DNA of 64,000 bases from Somniosus microcephalus. Lineage: Eukaryota. Of the stretch, positions 51,305 through 64,000 are shown piece by piece. Under the pieces are notes generated by a model that was not told the DNA's origin, made no database searches, and saw only the letters and a list, made by a program, of their open reading frames with translations. The number at the start of each line of letters is the position of its first letter. Position 1 is the first letter of the stretch. The translations under genes and the position numbers were made by a program. The stretch spans positions 62,310,001 to 62,374,000 of the forward strand of contig CM126207.1 of assembly GCA_052327205.1 (NCBI GenBank). The letters are read 5' to 3'.

Positions 51305-51490
51305 ACCACAAACTGATTAACTGATCATTTATCTCATTTGTTGTTTAGGGGGCCTTGCTGTGTGCAAATTGGTTGCTGCATTTGCCTACATAACAGTAAC
51401 TATACCTCAAAGTAATTCATTGGTTGTGAAGCACTTTGGGATGTCCTGATGAAGTAAAAGGCACAATATATAAATTCAAGTTCTTTCTTT
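51305..51490 (+). mobile_element. Deu-SINE 3' half
   Basis: gattaactgatcatttatctcatttg...gcaaattgg...aaaggcacaatatataaattcaagttctttc aligns with 47750-47910. Confidence 0.75.
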
Positions 51491-52159
51491 ATTACTATTG
51501 TATCTAAATGTTTTTAAATGATTCAAATGAAGACTCTGTGGACACTGGAAATTAACATACACTTTTGCTACAATTAACATTACAAAGTGATCCCATATCT
51601 TGATCAGATATCTCCTGTAAATACCTCCAACCCCCTCCCCCACTTTGTTTCCTGCTGTAGTTCTTTTATTTTCCCTCCCCGCCATTACTGTAGCTTTCTC
51701 TCGGTGCTCTCGAGTCCATGCAGATCGAATCTGAGATCGTTACATCTGGTTATTCCACTTATCTACCTCTGATTTTCTCATTTCTCTCTCCATCCCTTGT
51801 GTGTTATGCCAATGGTGGCTCTTTGCCTCCCCCTCCTGCAATTTGATTTCTGTATTTCTTTCCTTTTTGTGAATATTTGTCATCTCCTAATCTCTTGTCT
51901 TCTCTGCAGTGAGAATAGCCTAGGCTTCCCATCTCAGGGAAGGTTTGGGATAGCCTCATCTCTCACAAGCATTACCCGACATGTTGCAGGGGAAAGCAGA
52001 CGACAGCAGGTATTTATGCAGATTGAACAAGAGATAAGTATGTAAGGGGCAGATCAGGCTGTGATTCCCCCAAAACACAGAAATGTAGTGGAATCTCTGC
52101 AGTGATGGAATGCACAATATCGCACCCAAGGTAATCCCAGCTGTTTGTATAATATGTTT

Positions 52160-54006
52160 TTACAGTTATGTGAAGAGAAAAAGATTGGTGAAGTCAAGCG
52201 TAGGTCCCTTGCAGTCAGAATCAGGGGAATTTTATAATGGGGAACAAAGAAATGGCAGACCAGTTAAATACATATTTTGGTTCTGTCTTCACAAAGGAGG
52301 ACACAAATAACCTCCCAGAGATGTCGGGGAACATAGGGTCTAATGAGAGGGAGGAACTGAAAGAAATCAGTATTTGTAGGGAAATGGTGTTAGGAAAATT
52401 GATGGGATTGAAGGCCGACAAATCCCCAGGGCCTGATAATCTACATCCTAGGGTACTTAAGGAAGTGGCCCTGGAGATAGTAGATGCATTGCTGATCATC
52501 TTCCAACATTCGATGGAATCTGGAACAGTACCCATGGATTGGAGGGTAGCTAATGTTACCCCACTATTCAAAAAAGGTGGTAGAGAGAAAACGGGGAATT
52601 ACAGACCGGTAAGCCTGACATCGGTAGTGGGGAAAATGCTAGAGTCCATTATAAAAGATGTAATAGCAGAGCACTTGGAAAACAGTGACAGGATCGGACA
52701 AAGTCAACATGGATTTACAAAAGGTAAATCATGCTTGACTAATCTACTGGAATTTTTTGAGGATGTAACTGGGAGAATAGATAAGGGAGAACCAGTGGAT
52801 GTGGTGTATTTGGACTTTCAGAAGGCTTTCGATAAGGTCCCGCATAAGAGATTAGCGTGTAAAGTTAAGGCACATGGGATTGGGGGCAAGGTATTGACTT
52901 GGGTAGAGAACTATTTGGTAGACAGAAAGCAAAGAGTTGGAATAAACGGGTCTTTTTCCGAGTGGCAGGCAGTGACTAGTGGGGTACCGCAGGGATCAGT
53001 CCTTGGACCCCAGCTATTCACAATTATATATTAATGATCTAGACAAGGGAACTAGATGTAATATCTTCAAGTTTGCAGACGACACAAAGCTGGGTGGGCG
53101 TGTGTGCTGTGAGGAAGATGTCAAGAAACCCCAGGATGATTTGGACAGGTTGGGAGATTGGGCAAAAGCATGGCAGATACAATATAACGTGGATAAATGC
53201 GAGGTTATCCACTTTGGTGGCAAAAACAGGAAGGCAGATTATTATCTGAATGGCAATAGATTGGGAGAAGGGGAAGTGCAACGAGACCTGGGTGTCCTTG
53301 TGCACCAGTCGCTGAAGGTAAGCATGCAGGTGCAGCAGGCGGTTAAGAAGGCAAATGGGATGTTGGCCTTTGTAGCGAGAGGGTTTGAGCACAGGAACAA
53401 GGATGTCTTGCTCCAGTTGTATAGGGCCTTGGTGAGACCACATCTTGAGTATTGTGTGCCGTTTTGGTTGCCTTATCTAAGGAAGGATGTTCTTGCCATG
53501 GAAGGAGTTCAGTGAAGATTCACCAGACTGCTACCTGGGATGGCAGGAATGACGTATGAGGAGAGATTGGGTCGATTGGGCTTGTACTCGCTGGAGTTTT
53601 GAAGAATGAGAGGGGATCTCATTGAAACTTATAAAATTCTGACAGGACTGGACAGACTAGATGCAGGAAGGATGTTCCCGATGGTCGGGGAGTCCAGAAC
53701 CAGGGGTCACAGTCTAAGGATAAGGGGTAGGCCATTTAGGACAAAGATGAGGAGGAATTTCTTCACCCAGAGAGTGGTGAACCTGTGGAATTCTCTACCA
53801 CAGAAGGCAGTAGAGGCCAATTCATTAAATATATTCAAGAAGGAGTTGGTAATATTTCTTAAGGCTAAAGGGATCAAGGGGTATGGGGAGAAAGCGGGGA
53901 CCGGGTACTGAATTTGGATGATCAGCCATGATCGCATTGAATGGCGGAGCAGGCTCGAGGGGCCGAGGGCCTACTCCTGCTCCTATCTTCTATGTTTCTA
54001 TGTTTC
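52160..54006 (+). mobile_element. CR1 LINE, 5'-truncated, relatively young RT pseudogene
   Basis: ORFs 52237-53034, 52979-53515 and 53606-53911 contain KSPGPDNLHPRVLKE, GNYRPVSLTSVVGK, YLDFQKAFDKVPH, SGVPQGSVLGP and FADDTKLG. One frameshift and two premature stops. Tail (ttctatgt)n. Possible TSD tatgttt at 52153-52159 and 53999-54005. Confidence 0.95.
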
Positions 54007-55764
54007 CTTGGACCTCCAGATTGGAGCAGAAATTATTTGCTATACAGGATATACTACAGGAAATAATTTGGTGAAACAAAGGTTTCATGCAAATAGATGG
54101 GAATCCCTTGGGACAAATTCTCATGCACACAAGATAAGCAATTGGTAAAATAAACTGTGTACTGTGAAAAATAGAACACCAGCCCCAGTAGCAGCAAACA
54201 TCCTTTCTTCTTTCTCCTGGTGCAAATCAAAGAAACTTCCCATTCCAATCTAATATTCTTTAATCTACTGCATGTGAAGGGTAAACCTCTCCATTTGGTC
54301 ACAATTGCCTTTTCAAATATGTGCAAATCTAATGTACTACTCCATTGCAAAGAGGGCTTCAAGTTTTTTTCTTTAAAAAAAGCATGAATTTACTAATCAC
54401 CTGGATCAGCATATGTGATTTATATGCAAAATACACAAACTGGATGTGTACCAACTGGTATAATGGCCTGCTATCTCTTTTGGCATCTGAAGTGTAGCTG
54501 AATTCCTAAAACTTTGATACACTTTAAAGCAAACAGCGCAATTGAGGATGTATTCAAATAAATGCTGGCTGGGAATTTCCTCCATAAGTACAACCCGGAA
54601 GTTAGATCACAAAAAAATGCACCCATTCTGCTGATGTCAAGTTACGCTCAAATTTCCTGTGAATCTCATTAGAATACGCCTAAATGCAAAACGGGCATAT
54701 ATTAGCGGAATCGGTGTAAATTATCAGGCCCAAGGAAAGTGCCCAACACACACCATATATTTCTTCTTCATGTATGAAAAAAGTTTCATCTCATTAAACC
54801 ATTATTCATGCACATTAGGCACAGCATGTTTCAGAACCTGTAATTGGGGAAGCATTTCAGTTTTTAATTTGACTTATACTTGTGTCATAAAAATGAATTC
54901 AGAGAAACAGAAAATACAATGCAGGTGCGAGTGAGGATAATTTTTTTAATTAAACAAAAACTGCTCAAAAGTTGAAATGAAACACCAGGAAAATTATTTG
55001 TTTCCTGTTGCGCCTGAAACTCTGGTCATAATTTGAAGAGAGCCTCTGAGCCAGCAGAATTGCAGGAAACACGCGTGTAAGGCTTTGTAACTTGGGGCCA
55101 CAAAAGCTTGAGATTTGGACATATTGTACTTAGTCATAGCATCTGCAAGTAAGACAAAGCCTCCTTTTATATTTGCCCTTTTTCAGCAGTTGGCCCAAGA
55201 CAGAAGAAACTTTTAATGCTGAGTTCACTGTCTGATAACTAAAAATGAAAAATTTCAATACAGCATACCCAGAGGGGAAGTATCTCACTTATGCCCAAAA
55301 TTCTGCAATCTTTTAGGCCGTTTATTTGATTTGTGCCATTTTGCGCGTGTCTCTGGCCACAAATACACAGGAAATTGCAGACCGTTGTCTCTTTGGGGTT
55401 GTCTCTGTGTTGCATGCCGTTTTGTGACTGTCTCAGGACAACCTATTTGGATTTGATTTTTAATTTGTAAAAAAAAAATGAACTTGAAAGCTAGTGACTA
55501 AAGTTTAGTTTTTAGAAGTTTTTTTTATTAGAGCATTTCTTTTCACTAGCAGCTGGTGTCCATAATTGGTAATAGCTGGTTTGGCTGTGAGTGTTGTCAT
55601 AAGCAGCTCGAGTTTATAGTAGTAAATGACTGTGGTCTGTTCCAAAAACTAAAACCACTTCCCCTTTGGTTATGCTGTATTAAAAATTTCATTTTTAGTT
55701 CTCAGACATTGAACACAGCAGTAAAAGTTTCTCCTGTCTTGGGCCAACTGCTGAAAAACGTCAA

Positions 55765-55880
55765 ATATAAAAGGAGAATAACAGAAAATGCTGGAAAAAC
55801 TCAACAGGCCAGGCAACATCCGTGGAGAGAAATTACAGTCGACGTTTCGGGTCTAACCCTTTTTTCAAAACTGGAAGGGA
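55765..55880. mobile_element. Short Penelope-like terminal fragment; related copy at 62812-62935
   Basis: Both copies share aacagaaaatg(c/t)tggaaa(a/t)actca(a/g)cagg(c/t)caggca(a/g)catc(c/t)gtgg. The family assignment is from recall of elasmobranch repeats. Confidence 0.5.
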
Positions 55881-56282
55881 AATGAAATAGATCGAAAGGC
55901 AGGGTTTGTCTTAATTGCAGATGCTATGACTGGAAACTCTTAGTGGAGAGAGTGTCATGTTCATTACTAATGATGCCCATATGTTCATTTGCAACTGTAT
56001 CCAGGAGTTAACAGATCATCTAGAAGGCTTGTGCAGTATAGTAAACGTTTGTTGTACCGCTACTAGTAATTTTATCAGTAGCAAAAAATGAAGCATCAGT
56101 AGCTCTTGGTTGCTGTTAAATTACAACTCAGTAATAGATTGCATAAAAGTGTTTAATGGAATTTTGCATGTATTATCAGTTTCGCAAGTAAAGTTACAGA
56201 ATAGATAGCAGAATAGATTGCTAGATAGCAAGACCCATAGGTGCCAAAAAAAACCTGCTCTGCAGTTATTAAAAAAAACATT

Positions 56283-57008
56283 GGCCTGGAATTTGCAGTT
56301 GTAATGACGACGAAAGTGTCAGCGTTTGCCATCGTTACTCTAACAACTGACGGCCGCTTTTGGAGTCTGCACCACATGCGCATTTAACGCGGAAAACCTG
56401 AAGTGATACCCTGCTCCTCCCCAGGGTGCGCTGTTGCACTCTCGCAGATGGAAATCAATTCGAAATCACTGAATTGACTAAATTTCCACTTTTGCACTCT
56501 CCTCGCTGTAAAAACCCTTGAAAAAGTTAAGCCTTGTTGAATGAGGTGTAATTGGGTTTTTAATGCCATGCTAAGTCATAATTAGTGCTGAATAACACCT
56601 CTGGCTCTGAAAAACTAATTTTATATTTGTGGAATGTCAAATTTCTCCATTCCACGATAATTCCATAGATTTGTAAAATATTTTTTTTTTTTAAAGTTTG
56701 ATATTTCAACTTCTACCTTAATCCCATGTGTATGTCCCAATCTTTGTTTCATTTTCTGTAAAATTATAAAAAATGAATGATAAAAACTGCTTGTTACTTC
56801 CTGGTTTGCTGTCTGAAAATTCTTTAATTTGATTGGCTGCTTAGCCTGCTTGATGACTTCACTGTTCCTTGATGCCAGAAATCCCCATTACATGGTGCCA
56901 GAATGAAATTGATGTCGTAATAGGGGAAAATGACGCCACAGAGCCCGCTGAATCTTGGTGGTCAGCGGCGAGCGCAGTCGTTTCTCCGCTGACCGCAAAA
57001 TTCGGGCC
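56283..57008 (-). mobile_element. MITE family B copy with 3-bp TSD ATT
   Basis: TIRs ggcctggaatttgc / gcaaaattcgggcc flanked by ATT (56280-56282, 57009-57011), consistent with PIF/Harbinger. Confidence 0.8.
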
Positions 57009-60000
57009 ATTAAAACTCTGTAACCTGTATATACTTTTGTGTTTTGAAGGAATTTGTGAAAAGCATGCACTGCAAGCTTCTAGGGTGTGGTAGCAGTTTG
57101 AAAGTATAGTGTAACAAAATCACTAGCCAGTTGCACTGATGTGGTGGACCAACATAGTTTTGAGCACTGATTTACTTTTGCATTTAGAAAGTCAAACTAT
57201 CAGTGCCAGGCCATCAACCTGGAAGACATAAGTTTCATTTAATTTAATTTTATCAACCTTGAGATCGAATGTTGTGTCTTGGATTCAACAGATGTGCAAA
57301 AATGTGTTTTTGATGGATAGCAGTTTCAGCTCCAATCATGGGTTCGTAGATATCAATTAATGTGCACTAATAATGTGAGGCAGGCTATTCCGTACATGTT
57401 TTAGTGATATCAGGCACTTTCTGTTATGTTTCTGGTATCATTAAAAAAGACTCGTGATCAAATAATGTTTGGAGGCTGTGTAATTGGCTCTGAACTACCT
57501 AATGGAAAATTTAAGGTTATTTTTCTCTCCATTTTCTGACTACATTTTGAATGACTCTTAAACAAGCTTTGCAACTCTGAATTGTTGCATAAGAATTACA
57601 TTCAAGAATAATAAAATGTTATTTATTTACATATCTTTGTTACAACCCAGCGAAGCGTGCAACTTTTTATTAAGTCTTTCTTCCTGTAAGTTAATGGTGT
57701 TGTACTCCTTATCATGCACTATATTTTGTACAGTTACCCTCCTGATCAAGTGATGCAGCATCGCCCATCCAAAATAATAGCCTTAATTAGTGCCACTATG
57801 GGAAAATTGGTATTGGTAACTGAGAATGCAAAATGCACCACTACGAGCAGGAAAGCCAGTTCGTGCACAAGTAGGAATATTATGCATATATAATCGGGTC
57901 AACAGCTAGAAGTGTGTACAAGGGTCTAATGTACTGAATTACAATTGTTGGACAAGAAATATAGTGGCTCAACATTAAAGTATATTGTCTCAAGTGCAAT
58001 TTGTTCTTGTAATTTATTGCTACCTAAGCCTAGTGACAACACTATTATCTCACAATTTTGTATGTGCATGTTGAAGTTTACCAGAAGTTATGGATGTGGT
58101 CTAGGAAAACAAATGTGTAAGCTTTCAACATAACATGAATGAAGTTTCAGCCTTTCGGGGTAAGGAGACGTTTGTAGTGCAATCTTTACTGCATCTGGGT
58201 AAGAGAACAAACAATACTATTCATCTAGGATTCCTTGTTTTGGTACACCAAAAATTCTGGATTTCCCCCGTCTCTCATTGTTGTCACTCTTTTACTCCCT
58301 CTATTCTGCTTTTGCTCCTGTGCTTTTCTTTTCTCACCATCCCTTTTTGCTCTTAGTTGTTTTTGTATGTATTCATCTATTTTTGTTATCTTGTCTGTTT
58401 GTAGTACTAAAATGTCAGTGTTTTGTATGTAACCTCTGTGGAGGCTGCTATTGATGTGCTAGCCAAGAATGGTAAATCAAATTTTGATTTTTTTTCTTGC
58501 TCAGTTTCAGGGACATAATTTTCTTGGATTGGAATATCTGCAATAGTGCCATAGTCCACATTAACTCGGCTGGTAGGGGGTTCTCCTGACACCAACTCAA
58601 CGGGATGTACTGAAGGGCTATGCTTGGAGGAAACCCAAGCACTTATGAATGTTAAGGTCACAATGGGAAGTTTAGGAGTCTGGCTTGATGGGGTGCTTGA
58701 TGACTTTCATGGATGTCGCAAACACCCTTTGCCAATATCCTTTTCATTTATTACTGGTTAAGATTGTGCGCGTAGCTTTGCAGGTGGAATCCCAATCGTT
58801 GATTTGGAGTTCTCCTTTCTTCCACTATTTTTGTTGCATTTATATTTCCTGGTCTCACTCGCACGCGCGCACGCACGCACACACACACGCGCGTTCTGTA
58901 TATGATCTAAATTGGTTTAATTGAATCTTGGTTGGGAGGATAAAGATAGGAACATAGGAAAGTACTGGACCAGAAAAGACTGCAGTCCCATTTTATTGGC
59001 CGGTCCCTAATACTCCCTTAAATATCAGAAGGCCAAGTCAATATAGGCAGTAAACTTGTGTGATTTGTCACCTTGTGCTTTTGGAAGCAGAGCCTTATCC
59101 TCCAAAATTAAAAAGTAGGTGTACTCCATATACCTTCAATTACATGCTATACAAAAGTGGGTATAGTTTTCCCTCCAAAAATTACAGGACATGTATGCAT
59201 TATACCTTCGTATACCATCCATGACACTCGTGCTGCTATACAGTACTTGGATATTTCAGCTTCCTTTGCTCCCCATGCAGCTGCATACCTGTGGCATCCT
59301 GCTTCCTTGTTATGTTGGTGCTCTGTGCTTTCTTCAGCTCCAATCGTCAGTATTCCATTTCTGGCTTTGCTGGGGGCTGGAGTTTGTCGTCATCTGATCC
59401 TGAACGTTTGCTCAAGTTGGCAGTGTCCTGTGGTTTGGGTGAAGAGTGGGTCATGAGTTTCACAGCTGCTGGCGAGTACTGGGGTTTGCAGTTATTTAGG
59501 TCCATCCCTTCTGCGTAGCAAGGGAAATTGTGGTTGCTGGAAGAGGTCAGGAGATAAGTACCAGGATGATTGAGCCAGGGCAACATGCATTCATCGGAAG
59601 TTGAATCGCGCACAAAATAAGAATTTACTTTTTTCCTATGAAGTGAAGGAAATGCTTAAATAAACACTAAAATGTTCTTGTTTGAACTGTGATTTTTTTT
59701 TCACTTTCCAAATCATGTCTTGTCTTCAGCAAATTTTTGTTCTTGAACCTGTTGAGTAACTTCTAATGACACACTTCCAATCTTCTGTTGTACGTGCATT
59801 TGATTCCTATCGCCACTAATTCACTCGTTCTCTAGATGTTCTCTGTGACCTTTTTGACACACCAGTTTTGATGTGCTGATTAATTATGATTTGACTGCAG
59901 ATAGTATTCAGTGTTCAATGATGAGTTCTCTCTTGTTTTGTTATCGCCCCGTTATCATTTTTTTTTAAAATTAGGCCAATAGTTACTTTTATTGAAGCAC

Positions 60001-60095
60001 AGAACATGTAGCATGTACCAACAGGTGGGCAACAATACAGGAAAGAGAGACCTTCAGAAATAATGGCAAAGAGGCCTCATTTACCTGAAGATCAG

Positions 60096-60688
60096 GGGCT
60101 AAAAATTGAGTAGCGCCCCATTAATTTCGCTGGGGCGCTACCTTTATGCCCCGGAAAATTTAGCACCCCCATGCCGGAAATTCACCGGTAGCACCCCAAG
60201 AGGGAAGCAGGGCGCTACTGGAAGCACCCCGCATCCCTCTTGGGGTGCTGCGAGGAAATATAGTGGCACGTCGGCCTTCCTCCCCTTCTTAAAGGGGAGA
60301 GGCCTTGCGCAGCTGGGCCCCAGGGGATTGGAATGCTGGCAAAAGAGCCTGGCACTCGAGAAGTGCCGGGCTCTTGGAGCGCAGCCAGAACGCCGCGGGT
60401 GCGGGGGGGGGGGGGGCGTTCAGGAGGCCGGGGACGGGAGCGCAGGCAGGCAGCCTTTAAATAGCGCCTCTCCGGCCGCAGGTAGGCCCCCCTGGCCCCG
60501 TCGGACATAGCGTCCGGCGGTAAGTCGGGGCGCTGCGCATGGTGATGATGTCATCGCTGGCAGCGACGCGGGGCACTACTGGTTAGCGCCGCCGCTAACC
60601 TCCCGTTGTATTTCTTGAGGCGTGGGTGGCCCGTTAGCGCCCTCTTGGGGCGCTAACGGGAGGTGCAAAGCAACCGAATTTTTACCCC
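60096..60688. mobile_element. GC-rich MITE with 3-bp TSD CAG (PIF/Harbinger-like)
   Basis: TIRs gggctaaaaattg / cgaatttttacccc flanked by CAG (60093-60095, 60689-60691). CpG-rich, with many TAGCRCC/GGYGCTA motifs. Confidence 0.8.
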
Positions 60689-61929
60689 CAGGTGTCTACA
60701 GATTTGCAAATTAGCTGCAGCTGCTATTTGTTGGAAGTGTTCCTTATTTTTGAATTAAATTGTAAAGCTAGAACCCAGTAACCTGTAAACTAAACATCAG
60801 CCACATAGCTTTTTACATTTGTGCTTTAAACTGGAGCAATGAGCTCTGTTTGGTTTGACACTTCCAGGTTTCTTCCTGAGGACAGACTATATTTTCAGTT
60901 AACCTTCCCATTACACACTTTGAAGTTTAGTGTCAGACATATTTGACAACCAGTTGCTCAGATCTGTCATTCCAGGAGTCAAGGTTGGGAAGAGGAGAAT
61001 GAAAAACTATGTATTATGAAAGCTGTTTGTAAGTCCGTTCAAGACTATCTTGGAATTTAAATGACTGTAAACTGCTTAAGATTTTGTTTACAATTTGTCA
61101 TCCAGTCTTCAAAGTATATTAATAGCCTTGCAATGTTTTCTTACTTGTATGGTAATCAGTACGTATTGCACTCTTGAGCATGTTCTTCATTATAGAATTG
61201 TAGCTGAAGTCACATTTTGTAGATGAGTTGTAAGTTTAAAATAGAAATGGGCAATGAGTGTTTTTTCTCAGCTCAGTGATTTTTTTCACGCCGAGACTCC
61301 AGTACTTCTATTTACTGTGACTTTAAAGGTCAGTGCGATATATTATCATACGTCAGTGAGTGAAGATAATTGTTGTTAAAGTTCTTCATTGACCTTGGTA
61401 ACAAACATGTAGTAGGGAGAACTTTGGTTATCTCACATAGGCTTTGCCAAGTCCTTAAACCTTTGTAACTCTGAAGACCATTTTGTATTGCATGTTGATT
61501 TTGAGAGACTCTAAATAGTATGGGTTTTGTGTATATTGCTAGGCAGCATATATAGAAAATCCACACCACTGCTCCATTTGGAGGAGTGAAAAACTTGTTA
61601 AAGGTTTAGGAATATTGGCCAGATGCGACCTTTATCCAGTGCTTGTATTTATATAAAAGTGGATCTACCAAGGCATTGTTTACGCTAAGTCGGAGTAGTT
61701 GGGCTCTTGCTGTTTTTGCTGTCTTTGTGTTGCTGCTTCTGTCTGTTTGTCTCTTTTTTTTCTCTCTTTTTCTTTTGTGTTTCTTTGCTGTTCTCCTTTC
61801 TCGCTTTTCTTCTTTTCTTCCAGGTGGGAGGTGGTGTGCCGTGGCAAGGAAGGGAGCCGCCGCATTTTCAGGTGGTGACACGTGGCGCTGGAGCAATCTG
61901 GCCAGGGTTGCTTTGGGTTGGGTGATAGA

Positions 61930-62030
61930 AAGAAAGGCATTTATATAGCTCTTTCCATGACTTCAGGTCGTCCCAAAGCGCTTCACAGCCACTGTAGTAC
62001 TTTTGAACTGTAGTCACTGATGCGGGAAGT
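61930..62030 (-). mobile_element. SINE/L2 tail fragment
   Basis: gaaagaaaggcatttatatagctctttccatgac..gtcccaaagcgcttcacagcca..gtagtcactg is the reverse complement of the Deu-SINE tail. Confidence 0.75.
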
Positions 62031-63631
62031 GATTCTGCTAGGGCTGCAGGTCAGATTTTGAATTGTGGGTGGTGGGGAAGGGATTGGACTATGACTGCAG
62101 GCAGGTTTTGGAGGAAGTGGATCTGTGCAGGATGCTGTACATCTTCTCCACAATCCTTCCCAGTGTCCCCTCAATGACATTGTCTCCCCTGCTCTTTCTG
62201 ATCACCCTTGTGCCCTCTGTATCCTACCACACCACTTGTTCCCTTAGCTCTTCCCCTCAGCCATATCGACCTCCCCTCACCACCATCCCCTCTTTGTCGT
62301 TCTTCACTCCCTATCCTCTTTCCCATCACTTTCCCTACCCCTTTCTATTCCCACCACTCGCATCACTTTGCACTAACCCATCCTCTTTCATTATCCATCT
62401 TCTTCATTCCTCCCACCATTCCCTTTTTCCTTGCTGCAACTCCTCCATCATTCTTATCCCACTACCCCTGAGCCCTTCCTGATTTCCTCTCCCCTTACCT
62501 ACATTCCCTCCTACCATCCAAGCTTTCTTCCCCCACCCTTGCCCCTCGCCATCACTTCCAATGCCTTTCTCCTCACCTACTATCTCCTCTCCCTTCCTGC
62601 CCATCCAATTTGAATGGGGAGTGCAGATGGCATGGGGCCTGACAGGTGGGTGAGCAGCTCCAGCAGGGTGAATGGGAGCCCAAGCAGAGCAATTGGGAAC
62701 AGGACAGATGAATGTTTAAAGCAAGCTCCAAGTTGGGGGTGGAAGGAAGGGCGGGCAGTCTCGAGGACAAGTAGGCCTGCAGCGGCAATGACAGCTGAAA
62801 TAAATGTAATTACAAAAGCAAATATTGCGGATGCTGGAAATCTGAAATAAAAACAGAAAATGTTGGAAATACTCAGCAGGTCAGGCAGCATCTGTGGCGA
62901 GAGAAACAGCGGTAACATTTCAGGTCGATGACCTTGAACCTAAAAAGTTTTAATACTGTAGTCATAGTTTCACACTGCAAGATATATCATTCATTTATGT
63001 TAGTCATCATTTCACTATGAATTGTGGCTCCATTCTTGTGCAATAGTTCCACTTTGAAACCAGACATACCCAGAAGCTGGCTAGACGAGTTAACTTAACC
63101 AGAGAAATGGACCTGAGAGACAGGACTTGGAAAGCCTTGCAGAATTACCTAGCTTTGGGAGTACTGATGGATAGGTATAATGGCAAGTTTACATGCCAGT
63201 CTCTCTCTACAGGTTAAAAGTAATACCTAGGAATTATCCTCTAGGCATGGCAGTTGTGATAGTGGGAGGTGTGAAAAGTTGCGACATGGGGATAAAGTGT
63301 AAATGTGCACAAAATGCTTGCTATACACTAAACTTTTAAAATATTATGGATTATATTACATATTTCTTCAAAAAAAAATTCAATGAATGCCAATGAATTT
63401 TCCTATTAATCCACCTGTTTCTACTGGCTGGGGAAATGATCATGTTTAGATTAAGGGTAGCTTTTGTAACTTGCAATTAGGTGCAAATATGGCTACTGCC
63501 TTTCAACTGCATCTGGTCTTTAGTCAACTCACGTTTCTGCTTTGTGAGTTTTCCCTCCTTATCTTGACAGCAACTCGGGGGCCAGTTGACCTCCAGTTTA
63601 AAAACAAGACCAAACTATTCCCAAACAAATT

Positions 63632-64000
63632 GGGCCTGAATTTGCGGTCGGAAGGCTTCCCGCAGGGAAATGCCTCCGACCCGCAAATAAAAGCCACACC
63701 TACCTTCTGCCTCGGGATCCACGGAGACTCCTGGGCCTCTACGCATAGACATGTGTGGAGGCCCACGTATCCCGGGGCGCAGGCGCTTCGCAAGCTCCCC
63801 TGGGATCACGTGGGCCGGCCCAACCAATGAAAGAAAGAGGATCCCCATTCATGCTTATGGGGATTCCATACGTACGGAAATCCCATAAGCATGAATGGGG
63901 ATCACATAAAAACACATTTACATACCAAATAAATGCTTTTTTACATATTTAAAATTAATTAAAATACCAAAGGGGCTAAAAATAACCGTAACTTATTTTA
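63632..64000 (+). mobile_element. MITE family A-related copy 3, running off the window edge
   Basis: Starts gggcctgaatttgcggtcgg. Shares ggcccacgtatccc and cccctgggatcacgtgggcc blocks with copies 1 and 2. Has a 64-bp hairpin at 63840-63903. Confidence 0.75.

Noticed and set aside
62063-62613. Overlapping Pro/Ser/Leu-rich ORFs (similar cases at 3615-4334, 8571-8959, 23652-24002, 61606-61948)
   Set aside because: Pyrimidine-rich low-complexity tracts lack stop codons by composition.
1-64000. Prokaryotic systems (CRISPR arrays, operons, defence islands), rRNA genes
   Set aside because: No regularly spaced repeat-spacer array, no dense ORF packing and no rRNA motifs; the content is vertebrate repeat DNA.

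Overview
Repeat-rich, AT-rich vertebrate genomic DNA, most likely from a cartilaginous fish (shark), judged from HE1/V-SINE, Deu-domain SINE, CR1, L2, RTE and Penelope-type fragments. There is no intact host CDS. The window looks intronic or intergenic, with one candidate 80-nt exon at 11548-11627. The standout is a 3.67-kb endogenous foamy-virus-like (spumaretrovirus-like) provirus on the minus strand at 30538-34210. It has two ~1.1-kb TG..CA LTRs, a 4-bp ATTG target-site duplication, a tRNA-Lys1,2 primer-binding site 2 nt from the LTR and a polypurine tract. It also has a decayed integrase with foamy-type motifs (LVDGCTSFCWLVPTK, PKILHSNQGRAF, HSTPRHQQSAGLVEHKN, TVSIDNLK), followed by an overlapping env-position ORF; gag, protease and RT are absent. 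Other notable structure: two CRE/E-box-dense LTR-like elements with terminal hairpins in similar flanks, a MITE family whose internal hairpins show compensatory substitutions, a 180-bp near-perfect inverted repeat, and local templated duplications. Boundaries of old LINE/SINE fragments are approximate, all alignments were made by eye, and reference motifs are quoted from memory.
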